Origin: Bacillota bacterium
Lineage (GTDB): Bacteria; Bacillota; Limnochordia; DTU087
Direction of reading: 5' to 3'
Assembly: GCA_012798695.1 (NCBI GenBank)
Contig: JAAZMR010000028.1
Span: forward strand, 57,168-121,167
Length of the DNA stretch: 64,000 nucleotides
Positions 35,643 through 44,658 of the stretch are shown piece after piece. Below the pieces are notes generated by a model that saw only the letters and a program-made list of their open reading frames with translations, was not told the DNA's origin and made no database searches. Position 1 is the first letter of the stretch; each line of letters opens with the position of its first letter. Made by a program: the position numbers and the translations under genes.

Positions 35643-35845
35643 CCCAGCTATTGGATAAGGACAACCCAGGGCACCCCAGAATGGCCGGCCTGGCTCTGAT
35701 ATCCGAAGCATTGCGCAAGATCAGTCCCGAATCCTCCTTTTTTGGTCAGGAAAGGTCAAGGTTAGGGGTGAAAGTATATCAGAGCAATAATATGTCAACA
35801 CACCAACATGATACTTTCTGATCAGCATAAGTATTAGCGGGGGGG

Positions 35846-36439
35846 ATGCATATGATCAACTGGATCTGGTTTCTGCTCTTGGCCGGCGGTATCGGCCTTG
35901 CCGCCTATAACAATGGAGCGCCTCTAGTTACCGATGCAATCCTAGAAGCAGCTGCTGATGCCATCACTCTAGTCATTGGACTTTTGGGGTTGATCTCATT
36001 TTGGTCTGGGCTGATGGAAATAGTCGAAAGAGCCGGCCTTACTGCTCTTCTGGCTAGAGCTTTGCGACCTCTGACGACTCGGCTTTTTCCAGAGGTACCA
36101 CCAGACCACAGTGCAATGGGAGCCATTATTCTGAGCATAAGTGCCAATCTCCTGGGCATAGGCAACGCGGCTACTCCTTTAGGGATTAAGGCTATGGAGA
36201 GACTCGATGAGCTAAACCCAAAGCCGGGGACAGCTACTGATGCCATGTGTACCTTTGTAGCTCTCACCACCTCTTCTCTGACCATCATCCCCATTACTGT
36301 GATCGCCCTCAGAGCCACAGCGGGGTCTCAGGAGCCCACCAGGATTATTGCTCCTACCTTAGTCGCCACTGCCTTGTCTACCCTGGCAGCTATTACGGCC
36401 GACTGGAGTTGGCGGCGGCTAAGTTCGAGAGGCCAATAA
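35846..36439 (+). CDS. spmA: Spore maturation protein A
   Basis: MINWIW, FWSGLM, LFPEVPPDH, ANLLGIGNAATPLGIKAM. Confidence 0.93.
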   Translation: MHMINWIWFLLLAGGIGLAAYNNGAPLVTDAILEAAADAITLVIGLLGLISFWSGLMEIVERAGLTALLARALRPLTTRLFPEVPPDHSAMGAIILSISANLLGIGNAATPLGIKAMERLDELNPKPGTATDAMCTFVALTTSSLTIIPITVIALRATAGSQEPTRIIAPTLVATALSTLAAITADWSWRRLSSRGQ

Positions 36440-36553
36440 GGCTGCCACAGCATTAGCAGCTGTTGATAGGTACCAAGGCTTGCAGGTGCTTGTTATACTC
36501 GCCCAAATGGGCATTATCTCTCGGGTCGAGTATGGTTTGAGGGGGGAACCAAT

Positions 36554-37093
36554 ATGCTGATCAAGATCATGGAGGCAATTAGCCGGTGGGCTATTCCCAT
36601 AGTAGTCTTGGGTGTTCCGCTTTGGGGATTAATGCGAGGGGTTAAAGTCTATGAAGCGTTTGTGGAAGGAGCTAAGCAAGGTCTACTGACAACTGTGCGG
36701 ATTACACCTTACCTAATCGCGATGTTCGTGGCTATTCGAGTTTTCCGGGTCGCCGGAGGGATGGCCTTGTTGGTCCGAGCATTGACTCCGATTACTGGCA
36801 TTCTGTCCATTCCTCCAGAAGTAGTCCCCATGTTTATTATCCGCCCTCTTTCCGGGTCAGGAGCCCTGAGTATGCTTAGAGAATTGCTGACTACTCACGG
36901 TCCTGATTCTTTGGTGGGCCTAATGGCCTCCACCATACAGGGCAGTACTGAGACTACCTTTTACGTCATCACCATCTACTTTGGGGCAGTCAATATTACC
37001 CGAGTCAGGCATTCCTTGCCTATTGGTCTCTGGGCAGATTTCATCGGTTTTGTGGCCGCTGCCTATGCTTGTATCTGGCTGTTTGCTCGCTGA
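36554..37093 (+). CDS. spmB: Spore maturation protein B
   Basis: VYEAFVEGAK, RPLSGSGA, GPDS, GSTETTFYV, YFGAV. Confidence 0.93.
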   Translation: MLIKIMEAISRWAIPIVVLGVPLWGLMRGVKVYEAFVEGAKQGLLTTVRITPYLIAMFVAIRVFRVAGGMALLVRALTPITGILSIPPEVVPMFIIRPLSGSGALSMLRELLTTHGPDSLVGLMASTIQGSTETTFYVITIYFGAVNITRVRHSLPIGLWADFIGFVAAAYACIWLFAR

Positions 37094-37120
37094 TTTTGTT
37101 AATGGCCACATGGGCTTGGC

Positions 37121-37672
37121 TCAACCAGCCTGCTTTGCCTTTATCAGCGGTTCTTCGCCCAAAGAGCAAACTGCGTCTGATAGAGCCCATGCCCCACTAG
37201 CGACCTGAGAGACTAGGTTTGCCATGGGCTGATCAATCATCTGACAGTATTGAGCTAAAGTGACAGGAATACATAATTCCCGTATTATTTGATAACCAGA
37301 GACAAAAGCCGAGAGCTCAATTTCAGAAGGTACGGCAAACCAAGGTAGACCTCTTATGGCCTCCAGGTACTGAGGCCTAGCATCGAAATCCATTACATGC
37401 CCTAGTTCATGTGCCAACATGACAACGAGATAGGATAAGGAGCTATCCCCCAGATCAGGCAGCCATATACATAAGGTCCGATAATCCGGATGATACAGCC
37501 ATTGTTCCTCTACCCTGCTGCCCAGGAATAATACATCTAGCGATTCCGCCTTCTTGAGAAGCCGCTGTACATAAGTATTGTTGGGGAACAGATTCCTGAC
37601 CGCCCTATCCTTACGTTCCGCCTCCTCTTGATGTTCGGCAATTAATGATGAACATCCTGACACTGATCGCAT
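37121..37672 (-). CDS. Hypothetical protein with HExxH zinc-metallopeptidase-like motif
   Basis: LAHELGH plus downstream EIELSAF; GGAGGAGG RBS. Confidence 0.6.
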   Translation of the reverse strand: MRSVSGCSSLIAEHQEEAERKDRAVRNLFPNNTYVQRLLKKAESLDVLFLGSRVEEQWLYHPDYRTLCIWLPDLGDSSLSYLVVMLAHELGHVMDFDARPQYLEAIRGLPWFAVPSEIELSAFVSGYQIIRELCIPVTLAQYCQMIDQPMANLVSQVASGAWALSDAVCSLGEEPLIKAKQAG

Positions 37673-37901
37673 AAAAATGCCTCCTCCAAGTTAAGGGTTA
37701 TTCGTTGTTGGTTCTCCACCGTCACCTAGTCTCCTTGCGGTAAGTTCCGGCAGCCAACCCAACAAAAACACTGAGGCATCGGCTTCAGCCAACTCCAACT
37801 CCTGTTCTGGAAAAATGATGCAGACTAGCCAAAAGTATGCATAATATTGACCTTGGTTATCCATACTTAGAGTAAGACTAAGTGAGCAGGAGGAATCCCT
37901 G

Positions 37902-38057
37902 ATGCTGCATGACTCGGGCAAGAGGGCAGAACAAATCAAGGTGCTGCAAGAAGCCATAGAATCCATTGCTCAGCACCCCACCCTGGACTGCAAAGCAAAA
38001 CAGCGAGGCATCCAACCTCTTCAACTGGCCTTAAGGCGATTGGCTGGTAAGGTATAG
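37902..38057 (+). CDS. Small hypothetical protein, 51 aa (too short for the ORF track)
   Basis: AGGAGG RBS 8 nt before ATG; MLHDSGKRAEQIKVLQEAIESIAQHPTLDCKAKQRGIQPLQLALRRLAGKV; fills the intergenic gap. Confidence 0.55.
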   Translation: MLHDSGKRAEQIKVLQEAIESIAQHPTLDCKAKQRGIQPLQLALRRLAGKV

Positions 38058-38081
38058 CTAAAGCTCAAATTGGCTCCCACC

Positions 38082-38116
38082 AAAAGGCCTCACCCCCAAT
38101 AACCGGAGGCGAGGCC
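38082..38116 (-). terminator. Terminator of the gap-pgk-larA-tkt-iol operon (possibly bidirectional)
   Basis: Minus strand GGCCTCGCCTCC-ggttatt-GGGGGTGAGGCC then TTTT. Confidence 0.7.
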
Positions 38117-38170
38117 CATTGCGTTAAGGGTATTCCCTTTTACTTGTCGGGTCAAGGAAGTCCAGCAGTT

Positions 38171-39199
38171 CTAACCAATCTCTGACAGCTTAACAGGCCG
38201 ATTCTCTACAGCTGATTTTGCAGCAGCCATAGCGATTAGAAGAGACTGCAGGCCGTCTTCTCCGGTTACCGGAGGGACAGTGTTTGCCTTTACACAAGTG
38301 ACGAAGTCATTCATTTCTTCTGCAAAAGAATCCATATAACGCTCTAGGAAGAAATAGAGCGGTTTATCACTGATCACGCCATCTTTGTTGCTGACGGTGA
38401 CCCGTGTAGGTGCTTCGTTCTGAGCGGCAGCAGCCCCCTTGGAGCCAAATACCTCTACCCGCTGGTCATAACCATAGACTGCCTGACGGCTGTTATCTAT
38501 GGTACAGACAGCGCCATTGGCAAACTTGAGTAGTGTTACCGCTGTATCAAAGTCGCCGGCCTCCTTAATCTGCGGGTCAATCAATACATTACCTACGGCA
38601 TAGACCTCGATTACGTCACTGCCTGTCAGATAACGGGCCATGTCAAAATCGTGAATCGTCATATCCATAAAAATGCCACCGGAAACCTTCACATATTCCA
38701 AGGGAGGTGGTGCGGGATCCCGAGACGTAATATTGACTATGTGCGGTTCACCGATTTCTCCGGATTCAACTAATTGGCGAATGTGCTTGAAGTTCCGATC
38801 AAAGCGGCGATTGAAACCGATCTGCAGTTTCGCCCCAGCCTTATCGACAGCTGCCAGAGCTTGCTTGGTTGCATCTAGTTTCTGGGCAATGGGTTTCTCA
38901 CAGAAAATCTGTTTTCCCGCCCGGGCTGCTTCGATTACATACTCTGCATGTGTACTGGTGGGTGAACAGATCACCACCGCATCGATCGTGGCATCATTGA
39001 TCAGTTCTTTCGGCTCTGCTACTACCTTTTCAATCCCATATTGAGCTGCCCATTGTTGCGTGTTCTCTACATCGATATCTGCGACTGCCACCACCAAGGC
39101 ATCGGGCACTCTGTAAACTAGATTTTCAATATGAATTTTGCCAATTCGACCGGCACCGATAACACCAATACGCACCTTTCCATCACTGGCCATATTCAT
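38171..39199 (-). CDS. iolG: myo-Inositol 2-dehydrogenase
   Basis: GAGRIG, CEKP, GFNRRFD, SRDP.PP, DMTIHDFD, YGYDQRVEV, FFLERY. Confidence 0.93.
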   Translation of the reverse strand: MNMASDGKVRIGVIGAGRIGKIHIENLVYRVPDALVVAVADIDVENTQQWAAQYGIEKVVAEPKELINDATIDAVVICSPTSTHAEYVIEAARAGKQIFCEKPIAQKLDATKQALAAVDKAGAKLQIGFNRRFDRNFKHIRQLVESGEIGEPHIVNITSRDPAPPPLEYVKVSGGIFMDMTIHDFDMARYLTGSDVIEVYAVGNVLIDPQIKEAGDFDTAVTLLKFANGAVCTIDNSRQAVYGYDQRVEVFGSKGAAAAQNEAPTRVTVSNKDGVISDKPLYFFLERYMDSFAEEMNDFVTCVKANTVPPVTGEDGLQSLLIAMAAAKSAVENRPVKLSEIG

Positions 39200-39204
39200 C
39201 TCTC

Positions 39205-40101
39205 CTAAAAACCGAGTTGCTCTCGTAAGTATTCTCTAGCCTTAACTGCATACTCCAAAGGTGGAGCAAGGGCAGGATCTTGCTCAGCTTCTACGATAAT
39301 CCAGCCTTTATAATCGATCTCGTCCAGTGCCTGAATAACCGGAGTGAAGTCAATCATCCCATCCCCGGGGACAGTGAATACTCCTTGCCTAACTGATTGC
39401 AGGAAACTCAACCCTTCATCAAACGATCTTTGCATTATGGTGGGACGCAGGTCCTTGAAATGCACATGCTGGATGCGTGGACCAAAGGTCTTGACTATTT
39501 GCACGGGATCGCCGCCGGCAAACACTATGTGGCCCGTATCCAAAAGTAGATGAACCAACTCTGGATCAGTGAGCTCCATCAGTTTTTCTGTTTCGGCGAA
39601 GGTCTGGACTCCAGTGCCCATATGATGATGATACACGATCTTCATATCCTTCTCCCTGGCCAACCGGCCCAGCTCTTCTAGACCCACAGCTAGCTTGTTC
39701 CACTCGGTCTCAGTAAAAACCGGCTTATTTTTGTGCAGGGGTACATCCATCTGGCCCTGTATGGATTTCCCCTGCTCAGAAACAACGATTACCTCAGCCC
39801 CCATGGCATGCAGAAAATCGCGATGTTCGATAAACGCATCATAGGTTTCTTGCGGGTCTTTTGTGGTAAAATAAGCGCTAAACCAGGCGCTTGCAATGGA
39901 AAGGCCCCGTGGCTTGAGAGCCGCGGCCAATGTCTTAGGATCCCTGGGGTATTTGTTGCCGACCTCGCTGCCGACATAGCCCGCCTGTGCCATTTCATCT
40001 ATGCATTGCTCGAACGAGATCTCGCCCCCTAGTTCAGGCATATCATCATTGGTCCAAGCGATTGGAGCTACACCCAGGCGTATATCACCTTGTCTCAACA
40101 T
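39205..40101 (-). CDS. iolE: myo-Inosose-2 dehydratase
   Basis: APIAWTNDDMPELG, YHHHMGT, DTGH, HVHFKD, FTVPGDG, VEAEQDP. Confidence 0.95.
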   Translation of the reverse strand: MLRQGDIRLGVAPIAWTNDDMPELGGEISFEQCIDEMAQAGYVGSEVGNKYPRDPKTLAAALKPRGLSIASAWFSAYFTTKDPQETYDAFIEHRDFLHAMGAEVIVVSEQGKSIQGQMDVPLHKNKPVFTETEWNKLAVGLEELGRLAREKDMKIVYHHHMGTGVQTFAETEKLMELTDPELVHLLLDTGHIVFAGGDPVQIVKTFGPRIQHVHFKDLRPTIMQRSFDEGLSFLQSVRQGVFTVPGDGMIDFTPVIQALDEIDYKGWIIVEAEQDPALAPPLEYAVKAREYLREQLGF

Positions 40102-40152
40102 TCCGAACACCCCCACATATTCGTTCACAACAAAACACCTGTACTACAAGGC

Positions 40153-42024
40153 TCACCATTTCCTGGCTCTCGTCAATACCTCTTCATGTTGAGCATGAGC
40201 TGCAGTCACCTGCACGTTATCTGAGATCTCTGCCACTCCCACCCGCCAATATGATTCATAGCCCTCTGAGTGGGTGCCCGGAATGACCTTGATATCGATT
40301 AGAGCTGCACCTTCCGCCTTTTGCGCTTTCTCTAAGGTCCCTCTCAAATCAGCCAAGTCAGTGACAGTATACGCACTGGCGCCAAGACTCCTGGCGATAC
40401 CGGCGAAATCAACAGTGATATAATCACCATCAAGTCTGCCGCTAGCAGAACGATAGCGCAATTCATTGCCGAAACCAGCCTGACTGCCATGTTCCTTCTG
40501 CAAGCTCTGGATACACTGGAAACCACCATTATCAAACATGAGGATAGTGATCTTCCGCCCTTCCTGGACAGCAGTGAGCAGCTCCGAGTGCAGCATGAGA
40601 AAGCTGCCATCACTGACCATCGCATAGACATCCTTGTCAGGTTCTGCCATTTTGACGCCTAAAGCCCCGGCAATCTCATAGCCCATACAAGAAAAGCCAT
40701 ATTCCATATGGTAAGTTTTGATCCCCTTGGATCTCCACATACGATGTAAATCACCGGGCAGTCCCCCTGCGGCGGCTACAATGATATCGTTTTTTGTCAG
40801 GAAATCATTGACCACTCCCAAAGCTGTGGTCTGCATAATCCCATCCTTTGATTGCAGAGAATAGAGCCGATCGACTTCCTGGTTCCACTTCGCCTTGAGG
40901 TCAGCCAGATAGTCTGCGCTATATGCAGTCTTATACCCCACCTCCTTCAAAGCTTGGGTGAGTGCCAGCAGACCTAATTTGGCGTCTGCTCCGAGGAAGG
41001 TAGATGACATTTTAAGACCATCGAAGGCACAGACATTCATATTGAGAATCTCGACCTCGGGGTTTTGAAAAGCGGTTTTCGATGCTGTGGAGAAATCTGT
41101 TAATCTAGTGCCCACGGCGATAATCAGGTCTGCCTCTTTGGCCAGTCTATTGGCGGCCAACGTACCAGTAGTCCCCACTCCCCCCATGTTCAGGGGGTGA
41201 TCCCAGGTGAGAATGCTCTTGCCGGCTTGAGTTACCGTTATGGGGATCTGAAAGGCCTCGGCAAACTGCTGCAGCTCTTTTCCGGCCAGGGCATAGTGGA
41301 CACCACCACCCGCAATAATCACGGGGTGCTGCTTGCCCTTAATCAACTGCACTGCTCGCTTGATACTGCCCTCAGAGGCCGGCCGTCGGTCAATATGCCA
41401 TACCCGCTTAGCAAAAAACTCTATGGGATAGTCATAAGCTTCACCTTGGACATCTTGGGGCAGGGCTAAGGTAACTGCACCGGTATCTGCCGGATCGGTG
41501 AGCACCCGCATGGCATTGAGGGCTGCAGTCATCACCTGTTCCGGCCGCTGAATCCTGTCCCAATACCGACTGACTGCCTTAAAGGCATCATTAGCGGTAA
41601 TAGTGTAATCATGGGGCATCTCCATTTGCTGCAAGACTGGGTCAGGTTGCCGGTCGGCAAAGATGTCTCCTGGTAATAGAAGAACTGGAATCCGATTAAC
41701 TGTGGCAGTGGCGGCACCGGTCACCATATTCAGAGCTCCAGGCCCGATGGAACTGGTACAAGCCAAGATCCCAAGGCGGTTTTTCTGTTTAGCAAAGGCC
41801 GTGGCCGCATGTACCGCCCCTTGTTCATTATGTGCTTGATAATACCGTAGGGATAGACCCTCCGTGTTCTCTAGGGCTTCCCCGATTCCCAACAGGTTGC
41901 CATGACCAAAAATACCATAGACACCGTGGACAAACTTATACTCCTGATCATCAAGTTCGACATACTGAGCATCTAGGAATCTAAGCAGTGCCTGGGCCAT
42001 AGTTAACCTAATGGTCTTACTCAT
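40153..42024 (-). CDS. iolD: 3D-(3,5/4)-trihydroxycyclohexane-1,2-dione acylhydrolase (ThDP-dependent)
   Basis: RLTMAQAL, GIFGHGN, SSIGPGALNM, RQPDPVLQQ, YHMEYGFSCMGYE. Confidence 0.95.
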   Translation of the reverse strand: MSKTIRLTMAQALLRFLDAQYVELDDQEYKFVHGVYGIFGHGNLLGIGEALENTEGLSLRYYQAHNEQGAVHAATAFAKQKNRLGILACTSSIGPGALNMVTGAATATVNRIPVLLLPGDIFADRQPDPVLQQMEMPHDYTITANDAFKAVSRYWDRIQRPEQVMTAALNAMRVLTDPADTGAVTLALPQDVQGEAYDYPIEFFAKRVWHIDRRPASEGSIKRAVQLIKGKQHPVIIAGGGVHYALAGKELQQFAEAFQIPITVTQAGKSILTWDHPLNMGGVGTTGTLAANRLAKEADLIIAVGTRLTDFSTASKTAFQNPEVEILNMNVCAFDGLKMSSTFLGADAKLGLLALTQALKEVGYKTAYSADYLADLKAKWNQEVDRLYSLQSKDGIMQTTALGVVNDFLTKNDIIVAAAGGLPGDLHRMWRSKGIKTYHMEYGFSCMGYEIAGALGVKMAEPDKDVYAMVSDGSFLMLHSELLTAVQEGRKITILMFDNGGFQCIQSLQKEHGSQAGFGNELRYRSASGRLDGDYITVDFAGIARSLGASAYTVTDLADLRGTLEKAQKAEGAALIDIKVIPGTHSEGYESYWRVGVAEISDNVQVTAAHAQHEEVLTRARKW

Positions 42025-42823
42025 GATCTTGCCTCCTTTCAGGAAACATCACCGCTTCTTCTTCCATCACCCATTTATGCTCTGGAACAAAGGTCGGTAC
42101 ACCATAAGGGTTATCATCCAGGTGCCGGATCACCCAGATATAGTACATGGCATAACCCGGAGCCGTAATATGGGGATGTACTTTGCTATCGAGAATCTTG
42201 ACTGAGTCATGATCAGTCAAGAGATAAGCTTCATCCCCAATGATGCCCACTCCAAACCCGTGGCTAGGCAGGAACCGGTAATGATAGATCTCCGGTTGGG
42301 GATGATGGTGAGGTGGATAGCTCGACCACTTCCCGGGAAAGTCCACTACTTCACCTACAACCAAGTTAGAATAAGGAGCATTGGTCTTGTCAAAGATAGT
42401 CCTGACAATCCTCGTGGAGGTTTCCTGCATGGTGCCCTTGCCTCGTTCTTCACTACGGGTATCTGTCGCACTATAGAATCTCGGGACAAACTTCACATCA
42501 CCACTGGTACGTGTGATGTTTAACTCCACATCGGTATGAGCTGTGATCTTGAGTGCCACATTGGGAGGCAAGTGTAGACAGCTGGGATTGTCGTGAAATA
42601 GGGATTCCCTTTCAGCGTGCTGCTCTTCTCCATCGAAACTAAATGTGACAGAACCGGTCATGAGCAGCCATGCGCTCTCCTTAGGGCTCTTTTCTTCGTG
42701 GACTTCACCGGCCCGCAGCCGTAGGAAGCCGAAGTCCATCATAGTATTGGCCTGGGCCTCATCCTCAGTAGTAACCGTTGTGTAACCCCACTTGAATGGA
42801 CCTTTCGCTTTTAAATGATACAA
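42017..42823 (-). CDS. iolB: 5-deoxy-glucuronate isomerase (IolB/KduI family)
   Basis: LVVGEV..PGKWSSYPPHHH, EIYHYRF, HP..TAPGYAMYYIW; overlaps the iolD start. Confidence 0.85.
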   Translation of the reverse strand: MYHLKAKGPFKWGYTTVTTEDEAQANTMMDFGFLRLRAGEVHEEKSPKESAWLLMTGSVTFSFDGEEQHAERESLFHDNPSCLHLPPNVALKITAHTDVELNITRTSGDVKFVPRFYSATDTRSEERGKGTMQETSTRIVRTIFDKTNAPYSNLVVGEVVDFPGKWSSYPPHHHPQPEIYHYRFLPSHGFGVGIIGDEAYLLTDHDSVKILDSKVHPHITAPGYAMYYIWVIRHLDDNPYGVPTFVPEHKWVMEEEAVMFPERRQDHE

Positions 42824-42835
42824 AACACAGCCTCC

Positions 42836-43804
42836 TTAGTTCTTTTTATGCAATACCTTTTGCACACTATCGACTATGGCATCAGCCGTCAATCCAAAAC
42901 GCTGCTTTAGGTAAGCGACATCTCCCACTTCACCAAAGAGATCGCGGACTCCCACTCTCTCCATGACCACTGGGTGTTTTTCTGTCAACACTTCCGCTAC
43001 AGCTGAACCTAAGCCGTTAATAATGCTGTGATTCTCTGCCGTAACGACTGCTCCGGTCTTCTGAGCACAGCTAATCACCAAGTCTTTGTCAATGGGCTTA
43101 AGTGTGAAGATGTTGACTACCATGGCTGAAATACCTTGCTGGTCAAGAATATCTGCTGCATCTAATGCCTCAGCTACCATGATGCCGATCGCAAAGATGG
43201 TGACATCCTTGCCCTCCCGTAAAAGAGCCCCTTTGCCGATAGTAAATTCCGATCCTTCCTTATAGATACGAATAGGATTTTTCCTAGCTATGCGGATATA
43301 AAAGGGCCCTGGTGTATCAATAACTTGAGGAAGGATCGCTTTGACCATAGTGTTATCAACTGGTTCAACTACAGTCATAGTGGGGATAGAGCGCATGATT
43401 CCCAGATCGTCAAAGGGCATATGAGTGCCACCATTATAGGCCGCAGTGATACCAGGATCAGTCCCCACTATCTTGGCATTAAGCTGTGCATAGGCTATGG
43501 ATACATAGATCTGATCTAGTGCTCTGCGGGAAGCGAAACAAGCAAATGTATGGCAGAAAGGTACTTTGCCTGTGGCGGAAAGCCCACCGGCAATACCGAT
43601 CATATTGGCTTCTTGTACTCCGACATTGATAGACCTATCCGGATAGGCCTCCTGGAAAGCGATGGTCCCATTAGAGTGCATCAAATCCGCGTCCAAGACA
43701 ACGATACGCTCATCCTTTGCTGCCTGCTCTAATAGGTGTGCCATATATACGTCCTTCATTTGAAGTTCATCAGGGATGCGTTGATCTACTAAGTTCGCCT
43801 TCAA
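42836..43804 (-). CDS. Transketolase-like protein, pyrimidine-binding + C-terminal subunit
   Basis: LDADLM.S, VGVQEANM, FACFASRR, YIRIAR, TLKPID, AENHSIINGLGSAV. Confidence 0.92.
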   Translation of the reverse strand: MKANLVDQRIPDELQMKDVYMAHLLEQAAKDERIVVLDADLMHSNGTIAFQEAYPDRSINVGVQEANMIGIAGGLSATGKVPFCHTFACFASRRALDQIYVSIAYAQLNAKIVGTDPGITAAYNGGTHMPFDDLGIMRSIPTMTVVEPVDNTMVKAILPQVIDTPGPFYIRIARKNPIRIYKEGSEFTIGKGALLREGKDVTIFAIGIMVAEALDAADILDQQGISAMVVNIFTLKPIDKDLVISCAQKTGAVVTAENHSIINGLGSAVAEVLTEKHPVVMERVGVRDLFGEVGDVAYLKQRFGLTADAIVDSVQKVLHKKN

Positions 43805-44658
43805 GCTTGTTCCCCCCTTTTCCAGGCTCCCTCATACCCTAAAGCCTTGAGCGCATCTTCTATCTGCGCGGGAGTGAATCGCATATGATGGTTGAGCTTG
43901 ATCCCCTCAGCAAACTGACAGCCTTTACCCTTGATTGTATCTAAAATGATCACGGAACTGCGACCTTTAACCGCTTTTGCCTGATGAATAGCTTCATAGA
44001 TAGCGGTTACATCATGGCCATCAACCAGCTGAGCATACCAGCCGAAACTCGCCCACTTTTCAAGAAGATCGCCCAATGAGTTGATATCCTTGGTATAGCC
44101 ATCTAGCTGCTGTTTGTTCTCATCGACAAAGACTATGAGATTGTCTAGTCCGGCATTGCCGCCATAGAGGGCTCCTTCCCAAACTTGCCCTTCCTGACAT
44201 TCACCGTCACCCAAGATAACATAGACACGATTATCCTTCCCGCTCATTCTCAGGCCCAAAGCTACCCCCAATCCAGTAGACATCCCCTGCCCGAGGGAAC
44301 CGGTGGTCATGTCTACACCGGGGGTTAGGTTTCGATCACAGTGACTAGGTAGGTTTGTGCCGCCCTGATTGAGGGTGAACAACATGTCCTTGGAGAAAAA
44401 GCCTCGCAAGGCTAATGCAGCATACAGAGCGGGACCGGCATGTCCTTTAGAAAGCACTAACCAATCCCGTTCTTCCATGTCGGGCCGGTTGGGATCAACT
44501 CGCATGACGCCACCGTATAATACGGCCAGCACCTCGACAATGGACATTGCACCCCCGATATGCCCAAATCCAAGATTGCCTAAGGCCTTCAAAGTCTCAA
44601 TTCTTATTTCCCTGGCAAAACTGTTCAATCTTGCCACTTCGTGTTCTGCTAACAACAA
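43801..44658 (-). CDS. Transketolase-like protein, N-terminal ThDP-binding subunit
   Basis: GHIGG, LSKGHAGPALY, TGSLGQG, GDGECQEGQVWE...N, TIKGKG. Confidence 0.92.
   Translation of the reverse strand: MLLAEHEVARLNSFAREIRIETLKALGNLGFGHIGGAMSIVEVLAVLYGGVMRVDPNRPDMEERDWLVLSKGHAGPALYAALALRGFFSKDMLFTLNQGGTNLPSHCDRNLTPGVDMTTGSLGQGMSTGLGVALGLRMSGKDNRVYVILGDGECQEGQVWEGALYGGNAGLDNLIVFVDENKQQLDGYTKDINSLGDLLEKWASFGWYAQLVDGHDVTAIYEAIHQAKAVKGRSSVIILDTIKGKGCQFAEGIKLNHHMRFTPAQIEDALKALGYEGAWKRGEQA

Noticed and set aside
37691-37966. 91-aa minus-strand ORF
   Set aside because: No RBS and odd composition; overlaps the better-supported plus-strand small ORF and its promoter.
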